This document shows, piece after piece, positions 1-22,186 of a DNA stretch of 64,000 bases. Source of the stretch: Paraspadella gotoi. Taxonomy: Eukaryota > Animalia > Chaetognatha. The notes under the pieces are model-generated. The model made no database searches and was not told the DNA's origin. It saw only the letters and a list, made by a program, of their open reading frames with translations. How positions within the stretch are numbered: the stretch's first letter is position 1; every line of letters begins with the position of its first letter. The DNA is taken from positions 5,281,609 through 5,345,608 of the forward strand of contig CM119269.1 in the NCBI GenBank assembly GCA_051294375.1, written 5' to 3'. A program made the position numbers and the translations under genes.

Positions 1-1694
1 AGGGAGAGAGACAGACAGAACAATTAGATAGAAAGACATGAAAGAATGACGAAAACAAAAAGACAGGACGTCAGACAAAAATCACATTTAGAGAGTCAAA
101 CAAACGAAACAGACTGGAGCCCAAGCGACGAAGAGACTGACAGACGAATAGACAGTCAGACAGAAAGTCGCTCGAAAAGAATTATATGGAGGAAAAAATG
201 AGCTGAGGATCCGACCGACAGTTTTAACGAGACATGGAATAACTTAGCATAACGACGATTTTGAATGAAATATTTGGCTCCTTTCCGAAGAAGGCGAATA
301 TCATAGCGAGGCGAGGTTGTTGTCCTTCGTTTTTTTCGTTTTTTTTTCTATATTTTCTTTATTATTTTTTTTTCGTTCTCTGCTTTTCTTTTTTTTTTAC
401 CTCCATATTTTCGTTTCTTTTCCCACTTTTTTTTGGTCTGTCTGTATCCAGGGTACTTTATTTTTTAAAAATAATTGCAATTTAAAAAAAAAAGTAATAT
501 AAATAATGGAACTTTCCTTTGGTATTTATAAATAAACTGGGAGGAGCTAAAAAACAGAGGAATAACCAATAGGCTACACGGAATCAATTAATATATCAAT
601 TAATATATAAATTAATATATAAAATTATTCCGAAAAAACAATAGCCTCGCCTCATTGTGCGCTGGATGCCGTTCGTGTTTTTAAATCTCACGCGCGTTCT
701 AGGATAATTTTTCAAAAATGGCGGCGCCGCTTGCCGCTCGTGTTCGATAACGATCCATTCGTGGGAACGAGATTTCGTCGTAATTAATTAAATATCGATT
801 TAATTTTTTTTAAATTTGATTATTTATCACTCGTTTTCGAAGCTCGTTTGTTAAAACGCGGGTGGGGTGTAATTAGCAACGTATCTTCTGTCGTTTAATG
901 AAAGAAAAGGGATTTTGGGAAAAGAGGAAAAGTTATTTAGATGAACGCAAAACTTTGACCGAATCTGCTCATTTTTTTTTCGTGATATCCAACGAACTTT
1001 TCGATAAAAACTACATTTTTGATCACAAAAAAATTTCAAAATAATTATGGTTTCTATTGTTCCGAACTGATTTAAAACACGTAACGTTAGTTTGTTCTGT
1101 GCTAATAAAATTTGACGCTTTTATTTTTCCTAAATATTCATAATATTTGAGAAGAGGATCAGAGGCAAGAGTAATTTTGAGAGTTCGATTGTTCTTGCAA
1201 GCGGCGACCAATCAGAAGTCGGCAATTTAATATCTGCGTCGATCGCCGGAGTATCTGATCCGATTTTGGTTTTGGTGACTTGATACTCCTGCGATGATAA
1301 TACTCTTTTTATGTACATAATACATAATAAATTACTTCGTTATTTTCCTCGAAATAAAAATATTAACAAATGGCCAACATTTCCCAGTACATTATCCTGT
1401 TTTTTAAATAATTTTTGTTGAATTAGATCAATAGTAAAATACAAAACCTTGAAACTTACTCGCTCCCCCCCCCCCAGCCGCGCCCCTATCCGCCCGCCAG
1501 GTCTTTTCGCTCACAACGGATTCGACCCTAAAGACGGAAATAGTCACAGCCGCCTCCTCCTCTTCCTCCTCCGACGAAAGAGGCAACGCCTCCCCCGCCT
1601 CTCCGCCCCTCGCCCACTTCTCCTCTCCCCTCCTTCTCCCCTCTTCTCGCCTTCGCCTCACCGACTCAAAATCAAAGGGCGGATCGGAAGAGGG

Positions 1695-2385
1695 TAGAGA
1701 CGATGACGATGAAGACGACGAATGATGACGACGACAGGACGATGACGAAGACGAGGACGATGACAATGATGACGACAAGGACGATGACGAAGACGACGAC
1801 AATGACGATGACGAAAACGACAAGGATGACAAGGACAATGAAGATGACAAAGATAATGTCCAAGAAGATGATGACGATGAGACGATGACAAGGAAAAGAC
1901 AATGACCAAAACGATGATGACGATGATGATGATGACAACAATGTTAAGGACGGCGACAACGATGAGGACTAATACCAAGAGGACGACAAAAAGACCAATG
2001 ATGATGACAACGACGATGTTGATGATGATGATGGTGATGACGAAGACAATGAATAAAACAAGAAAAATGATGAGACAATGACAAAGTCGATGACCAAAAC
2101 AGTGATGATCATGACAAAGACAAAGACGATGACAACAGTGACGATATTGAACGATGACAAAGACGATGACAAAAATGACGAACAAGGACAGTAACCAAAG
2201 ACGATGATGATGACGCAATGAGGAAACACAACGTTGACAGAGACGATGACTACGACGACCAGGACGTTACCGAAAACGATGACAAAGACGACAAAGACAA
2301 TGATGACGATGATGAAGGACGACGATAACGATGACGACGATGACAAAAACGAAAACGCCAACGACCAAAGCAACAAAGAACTTTG
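1695..2385. repeat. Degenerate (GAC/GAT/GAA)n low-complexity tract
   Basis: Trinucleotide runs with stops and frame slips; similar tracts at 19010-19140 and 41430-41510. Confidence 0.85.
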
Positions 2386-3567
2386 CTATTGGAAACAACT
2401 TAATAAAGGAGTAATAATAAGCTCGGAAACGCCTACAAAAACAGTGATGACTCTCACAACAACAACAATAACAACACCGTCGTTTTCGCTTTGACGACAG
2501 AAGTCATTTCTCAGTCGTATCCGTTTCAAAACAAAAGGGAAAATGAAACGGAAAGAATTGTTAATTGATGTAACGCATTGTAATTAACGACGGCCGAGAG
2601 TTTGAATGTTAATCTGATACTAAATGTACAAACAAAGTTTATTTTTAAGCATAAAACCAACCGTAAATCTGTCTAACTTATTGATAAAAATTTTCTCGAT
2701 GGCAACCATAGAGAAACGATCAGAGAAAAATGACTCTATATTCATTCCCGTTACCACCCCCGTTCTCTCTCTCTCTCTACTCCACACCCCATTCCCTGTC
2801 ACCCCTTCCACCTCCCCACAGAGGCTCGAATTATAAGCACCACCCTGCAAAAATTCCCCTTAACTCCTCATTCGCCCTGCCATTTGCTCGAGGCACATCC
2901 CACCGCCACCACCTTTTTTTATCTGGTTTTAATTTATAGACAGAAAAGATTATGTTACCCACAAGCCCAATTTTAATTTTCTGAGGAGAAGAAGATATTT
3001 ATAGATATATTTTTCTTGAAATGATTAATTTTGACTGTTTTAAAAAAGAAATTATATCTAAATATTTTTCATTGGAATTTTTAAAAATACCTTTAATAAC
3101 CAAAATGAAAAAAAAAATAAAAATGTACTTTTTATCATAGGTTTTTGATTACTCTGCAATATGCAAATGATTTATTATTGTATAGGTTCATTATTGCTTT
3201 TTGTCGTCTTTGTCGTCATTTTTTCGTTCGTGTCTTCGACTGTTCGTCTTCGTTGTCATCTATCCGTCCGTTTTCTTTCCTTGTTCGTGTCGTCGGTTTT
3301 TTCTTCCCAATCGTCAAATCAAAAACTTACGTTGAAGCCATTTCCCAGATTTGCAGATTACACTTTTAAACTGCATTTCCACTGAATTCACACAAAAAAA
3401 GTTCCGAAAAAAAATAATGACAACTAAATAAACTAATCAATAAAAAAAACAAGTTAAAAATTAAAGAAGAGATGGGGACGAGAGAGAGACAGAGAGAGGT
3501 CAAAGAGAGAGATGATAGAGAGAGATTAGACTAGAAGAGAGACAGAGAGAGAGAGAAAGAACCCTTT

Positions 3568-3706
3568 AAGTTTTGAGGCAAACAATGTCGGATCTGCCTA
3601 CGATATTATTATTAATTAGATCGTTAATTAATATTAGATTAGTTAATTAATTTACCGATTAATCGATCGGTTGGGGAGTATCGACATTGTTTTTGCTCAA
3701 ACTTGT
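3568..3706. mobile_element. MITE-like inverted pair of family A 3' termini
   Basis: AAGTTTTGAGGCAAACAATGTCGGATCTGCC ... CGACATTGTTTTTGCTCAAACTTGT around an AT-rich core. Confidence 0.6.
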
Positions 3707-5249
3707 GTTTTTTTTATACTCGTAACCGTTTCCGTTGCCGTTATTAAAGGTCATCGTTCCTCGAACATTGTGTTACTTCCGTTCCTCACCGCAACAGGCC
3801 AACGAAATCTTAGTTATTGTATTTTGGGACTTACTTTGTATTGAGAAAAAAAGAGCCGCGATGGGAATAAAATGGCGGGATTAATAAAAGACTGTTTTAT
3901 TTAGGAAGGAAACAAATAATATCAGAGAGAGAGAAGAAGAGAAAAGATAAGAGAGAAGCTGGACCAGCCGCTGACCGCCGCTGCAGGAAGCCCGAACTCG
4001 TTTGTACTATATATTTGTTTCTTCAATATCTTTTCCTCTTTCTTCTCACTACTCACTCTTTCTTTCTTTTCCTTGTCTATGCTCACTCACTCCTACTATC
4101 TTTCTATTAGCGTCTCTCTCTGTCTCTCTCTCTCCTCTCTCATCTCACCTCTCTCTGACGAGCTCTCTCCATGCTTTTTATCAGCCCCACGGATGTTTCT
4201 CTCTCATCCTCTTTCTCTCTTTCTCTCCATCTCTCTCCTCTCTCTCGCTCTCTCTTTTACTTTTTTTTCATCTTGTCTCTCCCTCTTTCAAATTTTTCGT
4301 TACAAAAAATAGAAATTTCAGTTCCCCGTTTGCTTTCTTTATAAACTTTTCCGAGATTTAACACAACCCTGATTGGAAATGCTTTATCATCTCAATTTTT
4401 TAAAATAAACATCTCTAAAAAAATCCCGTAAGTACCGAATGATCTAAGGACATTTTCCCTAGTGGGATAAAGAGTACCAAATATGCCCGGTCATTTTTAA
4501 AACCTGGTTAACAAACATGAGTAATTTGAAAAAACTAGAATGAGTAAGTTTCTACTTTTCTTAGTTAATTTATATAGAAAATAAAAAATTTCCCTGCAAT
4601 ATGACAGCTCTTTTCGATGAGGTAAATCCAACATCTCCTATAAAATAAATAATAAGCTTTAATTCTGCGATTAATACCAACGGTTAAATGAGACAAATTC
4701 CTAACAATTAAAACTAAATTTAAAATCTCCCTCTCAGACTTAAACCTGCAATTAAACGAGCACTTTTTTTGAATTCAAAAAAACCACCATTTTTATGAAT
4801 TTTTAGGGAAATTTCTTTAGTGGCCGACAGTAATGTATTTTAGAAAACCACCATTCGTCCAAACCAAACCTTAAATTTTCCTTCAAAGTCTCTGACCTGG
4901 ACTGTACGGTACTAGGGCCAGGAAAGTAGCCTTTTCTATTCGCCATAGTAATAATAAATAAAAAAATATTATGGTTAAGAAGGAAACCTATATTCAGTTT
5001 AAAAAAAATTAATTTACTCGGGTTAATTGAACATGTAATAGATAGTGTAGGTTTTCTAGAAAAAGATAGGTTGAGCAAAATCTTACAATTTATTTTGGAA
5101 TAACTGTCGGCAGACCATCTAGTTTTCCATCTATCCTGCAAAATTCGACTTTTAGAGAAAGTCAGTCATAGAACCTTTAAAACAGGGTCTTTGAAACCAG
5201 AGTGCTCCTCGCCCCCCCCCCCAAAAAGAAAAAAAGGCGAACCCCCCAC

Positions 5250-14148
<8,899 letters not shown>

Positions 14149-16139
14149 GTAAGGAATGGTGAGGCTTGCGACGTTGGTTGCCGATTCTCGATGCGGAATC
14201 GTTCGTTGCTGATGGTCGTTGATGGAATTTTTTTTTCGTTATTGCCTCCGTCGTCGTCGTCGTCGTCGCGTCGTTGTTGTTTTCGCGTCAGAGAGTTTTT
14301 GATTCCGTCGTCCACGCGATGCCGCGAGAGAAAGGGGGGGCGTTGATGGGGTTGACGGAGTTAGACCCGGATGTAATTGTCACCGTCTCATTGTTGTCGT
14401 TGTGATTTCCCAGAGTACACCTCAGTTCGTCGTATACTCTGTTCTAGAATCCAACGAATCTGTTGATTTCTTTTTTTTAGAAATGGAATTTTCTCCTTTT
14501 TATTTCCTTCTTTTTCTCTCTCATTGTTTTCACCGACAGAGGGACTTCCAGTCGACCGCCATTTTTCTCTTCCGTTAATTTTTCTACGTCTTTCCTTTTT
14601 TTTTTTTTATAAATTCGAGGTTGAATCCTGAAAACAAAAAATAAACCATTACACTCTCTCTCTCTCGAATTTTTCAATGAAATTTTATCGAAAAACATGT
14701 TTTGCTTTATTTTTTTTCCTTCTGTTTTCCCACTTTTAAAACCGTCGCGTGGGATTTTTTAATGAAAAACTCTCTCTCTCCTGTATTCCGTTTGTTCGCT
14801 CTCTCTCTCTCTCTCTCTCTCCTCTCTCCTCTCTCTCTTCTCTCTCTCTCCCTCCCTTACCTTCCATTTTACCCCCGTTATTCCTTTTTCCCTTCTTCTT
14901 TCCTCCTACTTTTCTTCTTCCCTTTCCTCCTTCCTCTCTTTCTACTCCTCCCCCTCACTCTCCCTCCCTCTCTCTCCATCATAGGCTCTTCCTCCCTATA
15001 TCCTCCGCCTCCCCGCTTTTCTCCTTCCCCCACCTCCTTCTCCTCCGCCTCCCTCTCTCTCCCAATCCTTCCTCCCTTTCCTCCCTTCTTCCTCTTTCCT
15101 CTTCTTGCGTCTCCAAAACGTCGAGCGCCCGTGCCCGATCCACGGGTTGCCCGCCTCGGCCCGATCCACGGGTTTGCCCGCCTCGCGCCCGAAGCGATAC
15201 CCTCACCCGATTTGAAAAGCCCGCGCCTTTTTACGGACGCTCGGACGACGAGAGCGCGACGAGACCGGACGACGAGGAACGAGGTTTTCCAAGGCAGGGG
15301 TAGAGACCGTTGGCGGCGCTGGCGTTCGTCACGACGGCCTTCCACGTGGCGCACCGATTCGCTTTAGAAAACAAAAGGGCAGTCGGATGTCTTTTGTTTC
15401 ACGCCGAAATCTTAAAAACTTTAATGAATAAATAAACGCACTAAGAAAATATAAACTACCGGCTAAAGCCCTTTGTCTCTCATTTCATAAAACATGGCCG
15501 TGGATGTTCACCTTCACAATCACCGAAACCGATGATGACTCGAACAGGGAACGAAAGTTCACAGAACCGAGTCACGCTTTGAGGTCACGATTTGGTTTCT
15601 TCACCGAGCGACTCGATTCTTCACGCCAACTAAATCCGAGTATTTTTTTCTTTTTTCAATTTTCATCTCCTTCGACTTTTCCGTCTTTTATTTCTCGTTT
15701 TCTTGTTTCTTTCCGAGATTATTCCACAGATTTACTCCGACATAATTTCTTCCTTTTTTNNNNNNNNNNNNNNNNNNNNNNNNNNNNNNNNNNNNNNNNN
15801 NNNNNNNNNNNNNNNNNNNNNNNNNNNNNNNNNNNNNNNNNNNNNNNNNNNNNNNNNNNNNNNNNNNNNNNNNNNNNNNNNNNNNNNNNNNNNNNNNNNN
15901 NNNNNNNNNNNNNNNNNNNNNNNNNNNNNNNNNNNNNNNNNNNNNNNNNNNNNNNNNNNNNNNNNNNNNNNNNNNNNNNNNNNNNNNNNNNNNNNNNNNN
16001 NNNNNNNNNNNNNNNNNNNNNNNNNNNNNNNNNNNNNNNNNNNNNNNNNNNNNNNNNNNNNNNNNNNNNNNNNNNNNNNNNNNNNNNNNNNNNNNNNNNN
16101 NNNNNNNNNNNNNNNNNNNNNNNNNNNNNNNNNNNNNNG

Positions 16140-16770
16140 CAAAAAAAATGATGTCCGTCCGTCCGTCTGTCCGTCCGTTCGTTCGTTCCTTCGTCCGTCC
16201 GTCCGTCCGTCCGTCCGTCCGTCCGTCCGNNNNNNNNNNNNNNNNNNNNNNNNNCCAACGATGTCGGATCTGCCTAGAAAATTAATTAATTAATTAAGTA
16301 ATCGATTAATTAAATTAATTTTAATATTTAATAATTAATTCATAAATTTATATACAGCTTATCATCATCGATGTCCTTAAAATAAAAGTAAATGTGAACT
16401 TATATTTTTTCATTTTAAACTCATTTCACTGGCACAATTCTTCAAAACTTATATCTTAGCTTCTTCCATAAACTTTCCTTCCCGCTCACAAAATTGTCAT
16501 CTCAATCTATTATGGGTTAAAATAAGTAAAAAGAGTCAGTAAATGTGACTCATATTTTTTTCATTTAAACTCATTTCCACAATCACGAGTTATTGGGCTT
16601 TTGCTAAGGTGGGGACGGATAGACGGATTGATTGCACTGATTAATTAATTAGTGATCAATTAATTGACTAATTGAATAATTAACTGATTAATTATTTGAT
16701 TTATTAATACATCCTGCATATACATTTAATATAAAAGGAAAAAATCATATTATTAGTGCTCAAACTTGTT
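16140..16770. mobile_element. Nested/inverted family A fragments
   Basis: (GTCC)n, inverted 3' end at 16255, minus-strand body 16410-16625, forward 3' end GCTCAAACTTGTT at 16770. Confidence 0.55.
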
Positions 16771-18262
16771 TCTCGACAAAGAAATTTATTTCAGACCGAG
16801 AATTTTTTTTGTCTTTTTTATAAGCTTTTTTTGTTGTTTTTGTCGTTGTTGTTGTTGTTGTCGTTGTTGTTTTTCATTTGGTTTTCGCAGAAATTTCTCA
16901 CTCTTCTTGGGCAGTTAACTCCGAGTCCAGAAAATCACCCTTATTTCGTGATGTTCTGTGAAGCTACAAGAAATATAAATAACCTAACGTGACATAATAA
17001 AAATACAAATATGAATAATTGATTAGAAATTGGAATTCAATCGAAGACAATTACTCGACAATTTATAATAATTTTTTTATTAATGTTAAACTAATGTCAT
17101 TGAGAAATAGTTCGATTTTTCATACACAACAACAACGATAACAAGAAAAACAATAACTCAAACCGACTTGTCTAAAAACTTTCCTTTTTTGTTACTTAAA
17201 AAGTTTTCTTTTTTTCCCCTTTTTTTCTTTTTTTTTTCCTTTTTTTTTATCCTTCGTCTGCTTCTTTTCTTTCTCGTCTCCTCTTCACCTCAGTCCACAT
17301 CTTTAGACTTCACGGATCAATGTTCACGCCATTGTTGTGCACAAAATTCACAGATGCCGGAGAGAGAAGAGAGGAGAGAGAGAGAGAGAGAGGAGAGGAG
17401 AGAGAGACGAGAGAGACGATGGAGAGAGAGAGAGATGGAGAGAGAGAGAATGAGAGAGCAACAACACCTCGAGATAGAAGGTTAGAATCGATGCAAAGCC
17501 TTGGATTTTTTTTTCTCGCACATCAAACAGATTATGCGACTCCAGGCGAAACTCGACTCAAAAAGAAAATGTTGACAAGAGGCCTTGAAACTTGAATGAT
17601 AAAAAATGAGGTTTTCTCTCCATTTTCTTTTCTAACTTGTGAATAATTGACGGTTTTAAGAGAGAAACAACCTCGTGAAAAACTCTCCGAGTACATTTTT
17701 TAACCGAAGCCCTCAAAAGACAGATATTTTCGGCAATGGAGAAATATTAAAAATTTGCAATTGTATAAAACTCTCTTCGTCCGTCAATTGTCTGTTTGTC
17801 TATCATATCCGTCTGTCACGACTATCCTGTCACTCGCTATCACAATCGCTTACAAATTCTGTCACCTCGAGTCCTCACGATCGGACGAGGAATCGTCACG
17901 ATTTATGATTTTGTATCTTTTAACTTCGTTTTTCTGAAACAGTAATTAACGATCGCAGTTTTATAATAGATTTTATAATTATGATAGATTTATAATAGAT
18001 TTTTCCCTCCCACCTTATCAACGAACAAGTAGGCGTGGTTCACTCTATCTCTTTCCTTCCATTTTCCATTTCGTTGCAATGCTCTCACTCAAAACTCTCA
18101 ACTCTTTCACATGAACTCCATATCTTCAATCGATCACAAAGGATCACATCGACTGTGATTCCAACGATCACCACGAATCACTTCATTCTCCGCTCACCGT
18201 TTACTACTTTACCACCAACGTTTCCACTTCCGCCTCTCCCCACTCTCTCCCCCCCCCAACAG

Positions 18263-18397
18263 ACGAAGTTCCACCCAGTCCTCGACTACGACGCCGAAAT
18301 CGTGGACGGCGTCTTAGTTCCGCCGGAAAAAGACGCCGGGATGGAACCGATCACGTCCGGGGGCGCCGTCTACGTCCAGCGCCATCTGCCAGAATCG
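18263..18397 (+). CDS. Isolated coding exon, gene assignment uncertain (TKFHPVLDYDAEIVDGVLVPPEKDAGMEPITSGGAVYVQRHLPES)
   Basis: Pyrimidine tract + aacag| ... |gtgaga; 135 nt, phase 0-0; C/G-ending codon bias like the CUB exons; phase-compatible with the 14148 donor. Confidence 0.6.
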
Positions 18398-19351
18398 GTG
18401 AGAATGTTGCCGCTGCTGTTTGATGTAGTGGAATTATTAATTTTATCGTCATGTTTTATTACTATTTTTATCATTACAATCATCATCTTTATTATTATGT
18501 TATTTTTTAAAAGGTGCTGAGAATAAAATTCGGTAATGGGAGAAGTAGCCTCTCCGCACGCCCGAATGAGTGGAGAAGTGATTTTCTGAGTTATTATTAT
18601 TTCAATTTTTATTATCATCATCAAATTTATCTTTAAATTACTAAAACGTTTAAAATAAAAACGAACTTCATTCATCACTGACTCCTCATCATCGAAACAG
18701 TACAATTAACTAGATTTAAAAAATACAGATAACTAAAAAGTCGTTTGAAAATGAAAAAAATTGCACACTATACATTACACAGTATACAATATAGTACGAC
18801 GGCCTTCTCGTTTCTATACCAGCTACCAAGTGGCTAAGGCGGATTACTCGGTAGAGTCAAGATTATATCGCGAATTCGCGGAATTCGGAAACAAGTAAAA
18901 ATACGTAAACGAGGAGAGCGAAAAAAAAAAGAAGAGAAAAACCAATAAGTCAAACGTGCGAGAGAAAGACGAGAGGAAATCTCTCTCCGTCACTTGACGA
19001 GAAGAATCAAGATGGCGAGGACGACGACGATGACGACGACGATGGCGAAGATGACGACAAAGTTTACGACGCCAAAAACCACAAAGAAGAAGAAGAAGAC
19101 GACAACGATGTTGACAACGATAACGACGACAACGACGAGCATAGATCCTACCAATCACACGTGATGAAAAAATTGAAAGAGAGGGACGCAATCGGTGAAA
19201 TGACGAATGCTTTTCTTGTCAAATTAAAACGAGAAAGTAGACAATGTGATTTGTAAAACAAAAATTCCGACGTCACAGACTATGATGACAAAATACGAAG
19301 ACGAAAATTGTGGATAAGGCGCTAAGTTGACTGAAGATGACTATTTGCAAC

Positions 19352-19526
19352 TTCTTTAACCCCTCTAGCAGCCATGGAACGGGTCCTGGGCTTGGAACCA
19401 GGCTTGAGGGTTTTCCACGCCTCCAAGGCGGCTTACGGCCGGCCTCACGCTTCCCGCAGGGCAGGTAAAGGGTTGGGATTGAACCCGGTCATGAGCTGAT
19501 GGCTTTACTCAATGAGCCACCGGGTC
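19352..19526 (-). mobile_element. tRNA-derived SINE-like element
   Basis: Minus strand begins GACCCGGTGGCTCATTGAGTAAAGC (A-box-like), has B-box GGTTCAATCC (19476-19485), then ~120 nt of GC-rich non-tRNA body. It has no complete cloverleaf. Confidence 0.5.
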
Positions 19527-20540
19527 ACGACTGAAGGCGTCATGCTTAAAAGGCGGGGTGAACCTATGCCCGACTACAAGATAACGAATACAACAATAAA
19601 AATGTTGACAACAAAAACGCAAACTAAGATGGCGCCCTTGTTGAAGTTGACGACGACGATCACGACGAAATTTGACGTCGAAACTGACAGAGAGAAGTCG
19701 ACAGTCACGTGGAAAAATTTATCATTTTATTGACTCAGTTTTTGGATATAGAATAAGAGCGTCTTCCAACTACAAAAAAAATAAACATAAAGAAAAATAT
19801 CAGAACCAAACACGGATCTTACGCGAAATGCGTAAATCAAAATAAGTACGACAAACAGAAAACAATCTAAACAAACTCGGCGAGTAAAACAAGGACAAGA
19901 AACGACAGAATGAAAAAACCTACCCGATTAACCTAAGTGACCACAAACCGCTCCACAAAACCTGTGGTCAACCGCGACCTGAACCAAAGCAAACGACAAC
20001 AACAACAGCGACAACAACCATCGGCAACCACAACAGCGACAATAACGACAACAACGAGGAGAAATCCCGGACTCAAAGTGGCGCCCGAGCGACGATTATG
20101 ATTTCGAGGCGGAAATTCGTTGTTATTCTCGTCACAGAAAAAGAAAATGAGGACTGAGGGTCGGGGAAGACGCGGAATATAAAAGAGGGTCTCTGGTGAG
20201 AAAGAGAGAGAGAGAGAGAGAGAGAGATGAGAGAGGAGAGAGAGAGAGAAGAGAGAGAGAAGATGAGAAGAGAGAAGAGAAGAAAAGATACCAGCAGATA
20301 TTTCACATATCAATGTTTGCGTACGAGAGAGAGTCACTGCATCTGAAGACGGAGATAAAAGGTTTTTTGGCAAAAAGAAGATTGCATTTTTTTCCTTTTA
20401 TTTCTTTCCTTTATTTTCTTTCTTCTTTTTTTGTTTTGTTCTTTCGTTCGTCCATTTGGAAAGAAGAGGCTTCAGTCCGACGACTCCGATCGCCATTCCT
20501 AGGATCAGGAGGGATTTCGATTCTATTTCACTTTCGCATC

Positions 20541-20574
<34 letters not shown>

Positions 20575-20582
20575 CGAGAGAG

Positions 20583-20622
<40 letters not shown>

Positions 20623-20912
20623 ATAAGGCGTGGCGTCGGTCATATATCGTGATTGGATGCAGGTTGCACCAAATGGATTTTTTTTTTCTATTCTTCGTTT
20701 TTAAATTTTGTCTGAAACGAAAGTTTAAAGAATTTGAGTTGTTTTTTGTTTGTTTTTTTGTTTTTTTGTTTGGTTTTTTTTTTGTTTTGTTTCTGTTTTT
20801 ATTTTTGTTTTTTTATTTGTGTTTTTTGTTTTGTTTTAACGGAAGCCTTCGAAATTTAAATTCGCTTGGAAAAAACCGAAGGTCTATCGATTAACCGACG
20901 ACAGTTCGGCCT

Positions 20913-20956
<44 letters not shown>

Positions 20957-20975
20957 CTCTCTCTCTCTTCTCTCT

Positions 20976-21015
<40 letters not shown>

Positions 21016-21497
21016 TTTTCTCGCTTCTCTTCCCCACTTTTCAATTTAATCGAATTTCGGTCTTTTCCCTACTTTTGTATAAACCCTAAAGCAATTTATG
21101 TCGCAAACGGGTTTTGCCGCAGGGAAGTTTAAAAAGTTTGAAGAAAAAAAAACTTTTTAAGGCAAAGAAAGAGTAAATTTGTAAATTGGGGAAAAAACAA
21201 GAATGAAAGCAGCAAAAAGAAAAACACTACAACCGTTGAAGCGACTAATGGCGGACTAATACAATGCCAACGATAGCTACTCTAAAAAATTAGCCATTTT
21301 TATTTCTTAACTACTATTCTTCGCTTTCCCGACAGACAGACAGACAGACAACCCGATTACCCGACCTTAATTTTTTATCCGTTTTACAGAAATGCATCGA
21401 CGCATCGTGAAAAAAAAAACAAAAAAAGGAGAAAAATAAAAGAGACGCGAGTGGAAAAAGACCTCGTGGACCCTGAATACAAATGCATTCATTTCCT

Positions 21498-21538
<41 letters not shown>

Positions 21539-22186
21539 CTTATAATTTTAAGCCAAATCCGTTGCTTTAACGGGGTAGGCCGGAGAGGGGGGGGTTCGTT
21601 ACTTGTACTTGTATTAGAGTCGTTTTGTCTAAAATCAAACGGTTTTGCTGCTGTTTTGACGAAGAAATGTCGCCATTTTAAAACCAGAAAATCCTACTAA
21701 TTTCTCTCTCTCGTCTCTCTCTCTCCTCTCTCTCTCTCTTTCTCTCTCCTCTCTCTCTCTTTTTCCAACTTCTTTAGTCCTTCTCCACTAGACCTCCCAG
21801 AAATATCACACATTTTTGAAAGTTGTTGATTCTTGCAAAGTTTCCTCATTCCAAAATTTGCTGGAGAAAACGAATATCAACCTAAAATTTTTTTTAAGAA
21901 ATGCCTTTATGGACTTTCCTCGCCACTTTGGCTGCGAACCTACTTCCGGTTGAAAAAAGACACAGATTTTGAAAAGAACCAAGCAGTTATTGCGGTCAGC
22001 ATGCATTAGAAATTATCAAAATATATTTACTTATAACGCTAATACTTAATTTTTTGTTTTGGTTACAAATGATGTAAAAACGATAACAATTAAAAAGACT
22101 ATATATTAAAAATTGCAAGAACATTTTTGTTACATAATCACGATTGTCCAAACTAATCTTTAAGAAAAGTTTTGTATTACAATTAG

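Noticed and set aside
715-750. AAAATGGCGGCG start-like/YY1-like motif
   Set aside because: The frame closes after 10 codons with no donor; cannot be tied to a gene
851-1318. Three overlapping short minus-strand ORFs suggesting a frameshifted gene
   Set aside because: No motif or splice support that I can recognise
1428-2494. Multiple overlapping ORFs (poly-Ser, Thr/Met, Asp, Val/Ile)
   Set aside because: All derive from a degenerate GAY/GAC trinucleotide tract; no splice structure or domain
4400-5141. Possible degenerate LINE 3' coding fragment on the minus strand (LQDRWKTRWSADS)
   Set aside because: No RT or endonuclease motif recognisable; too weak to call
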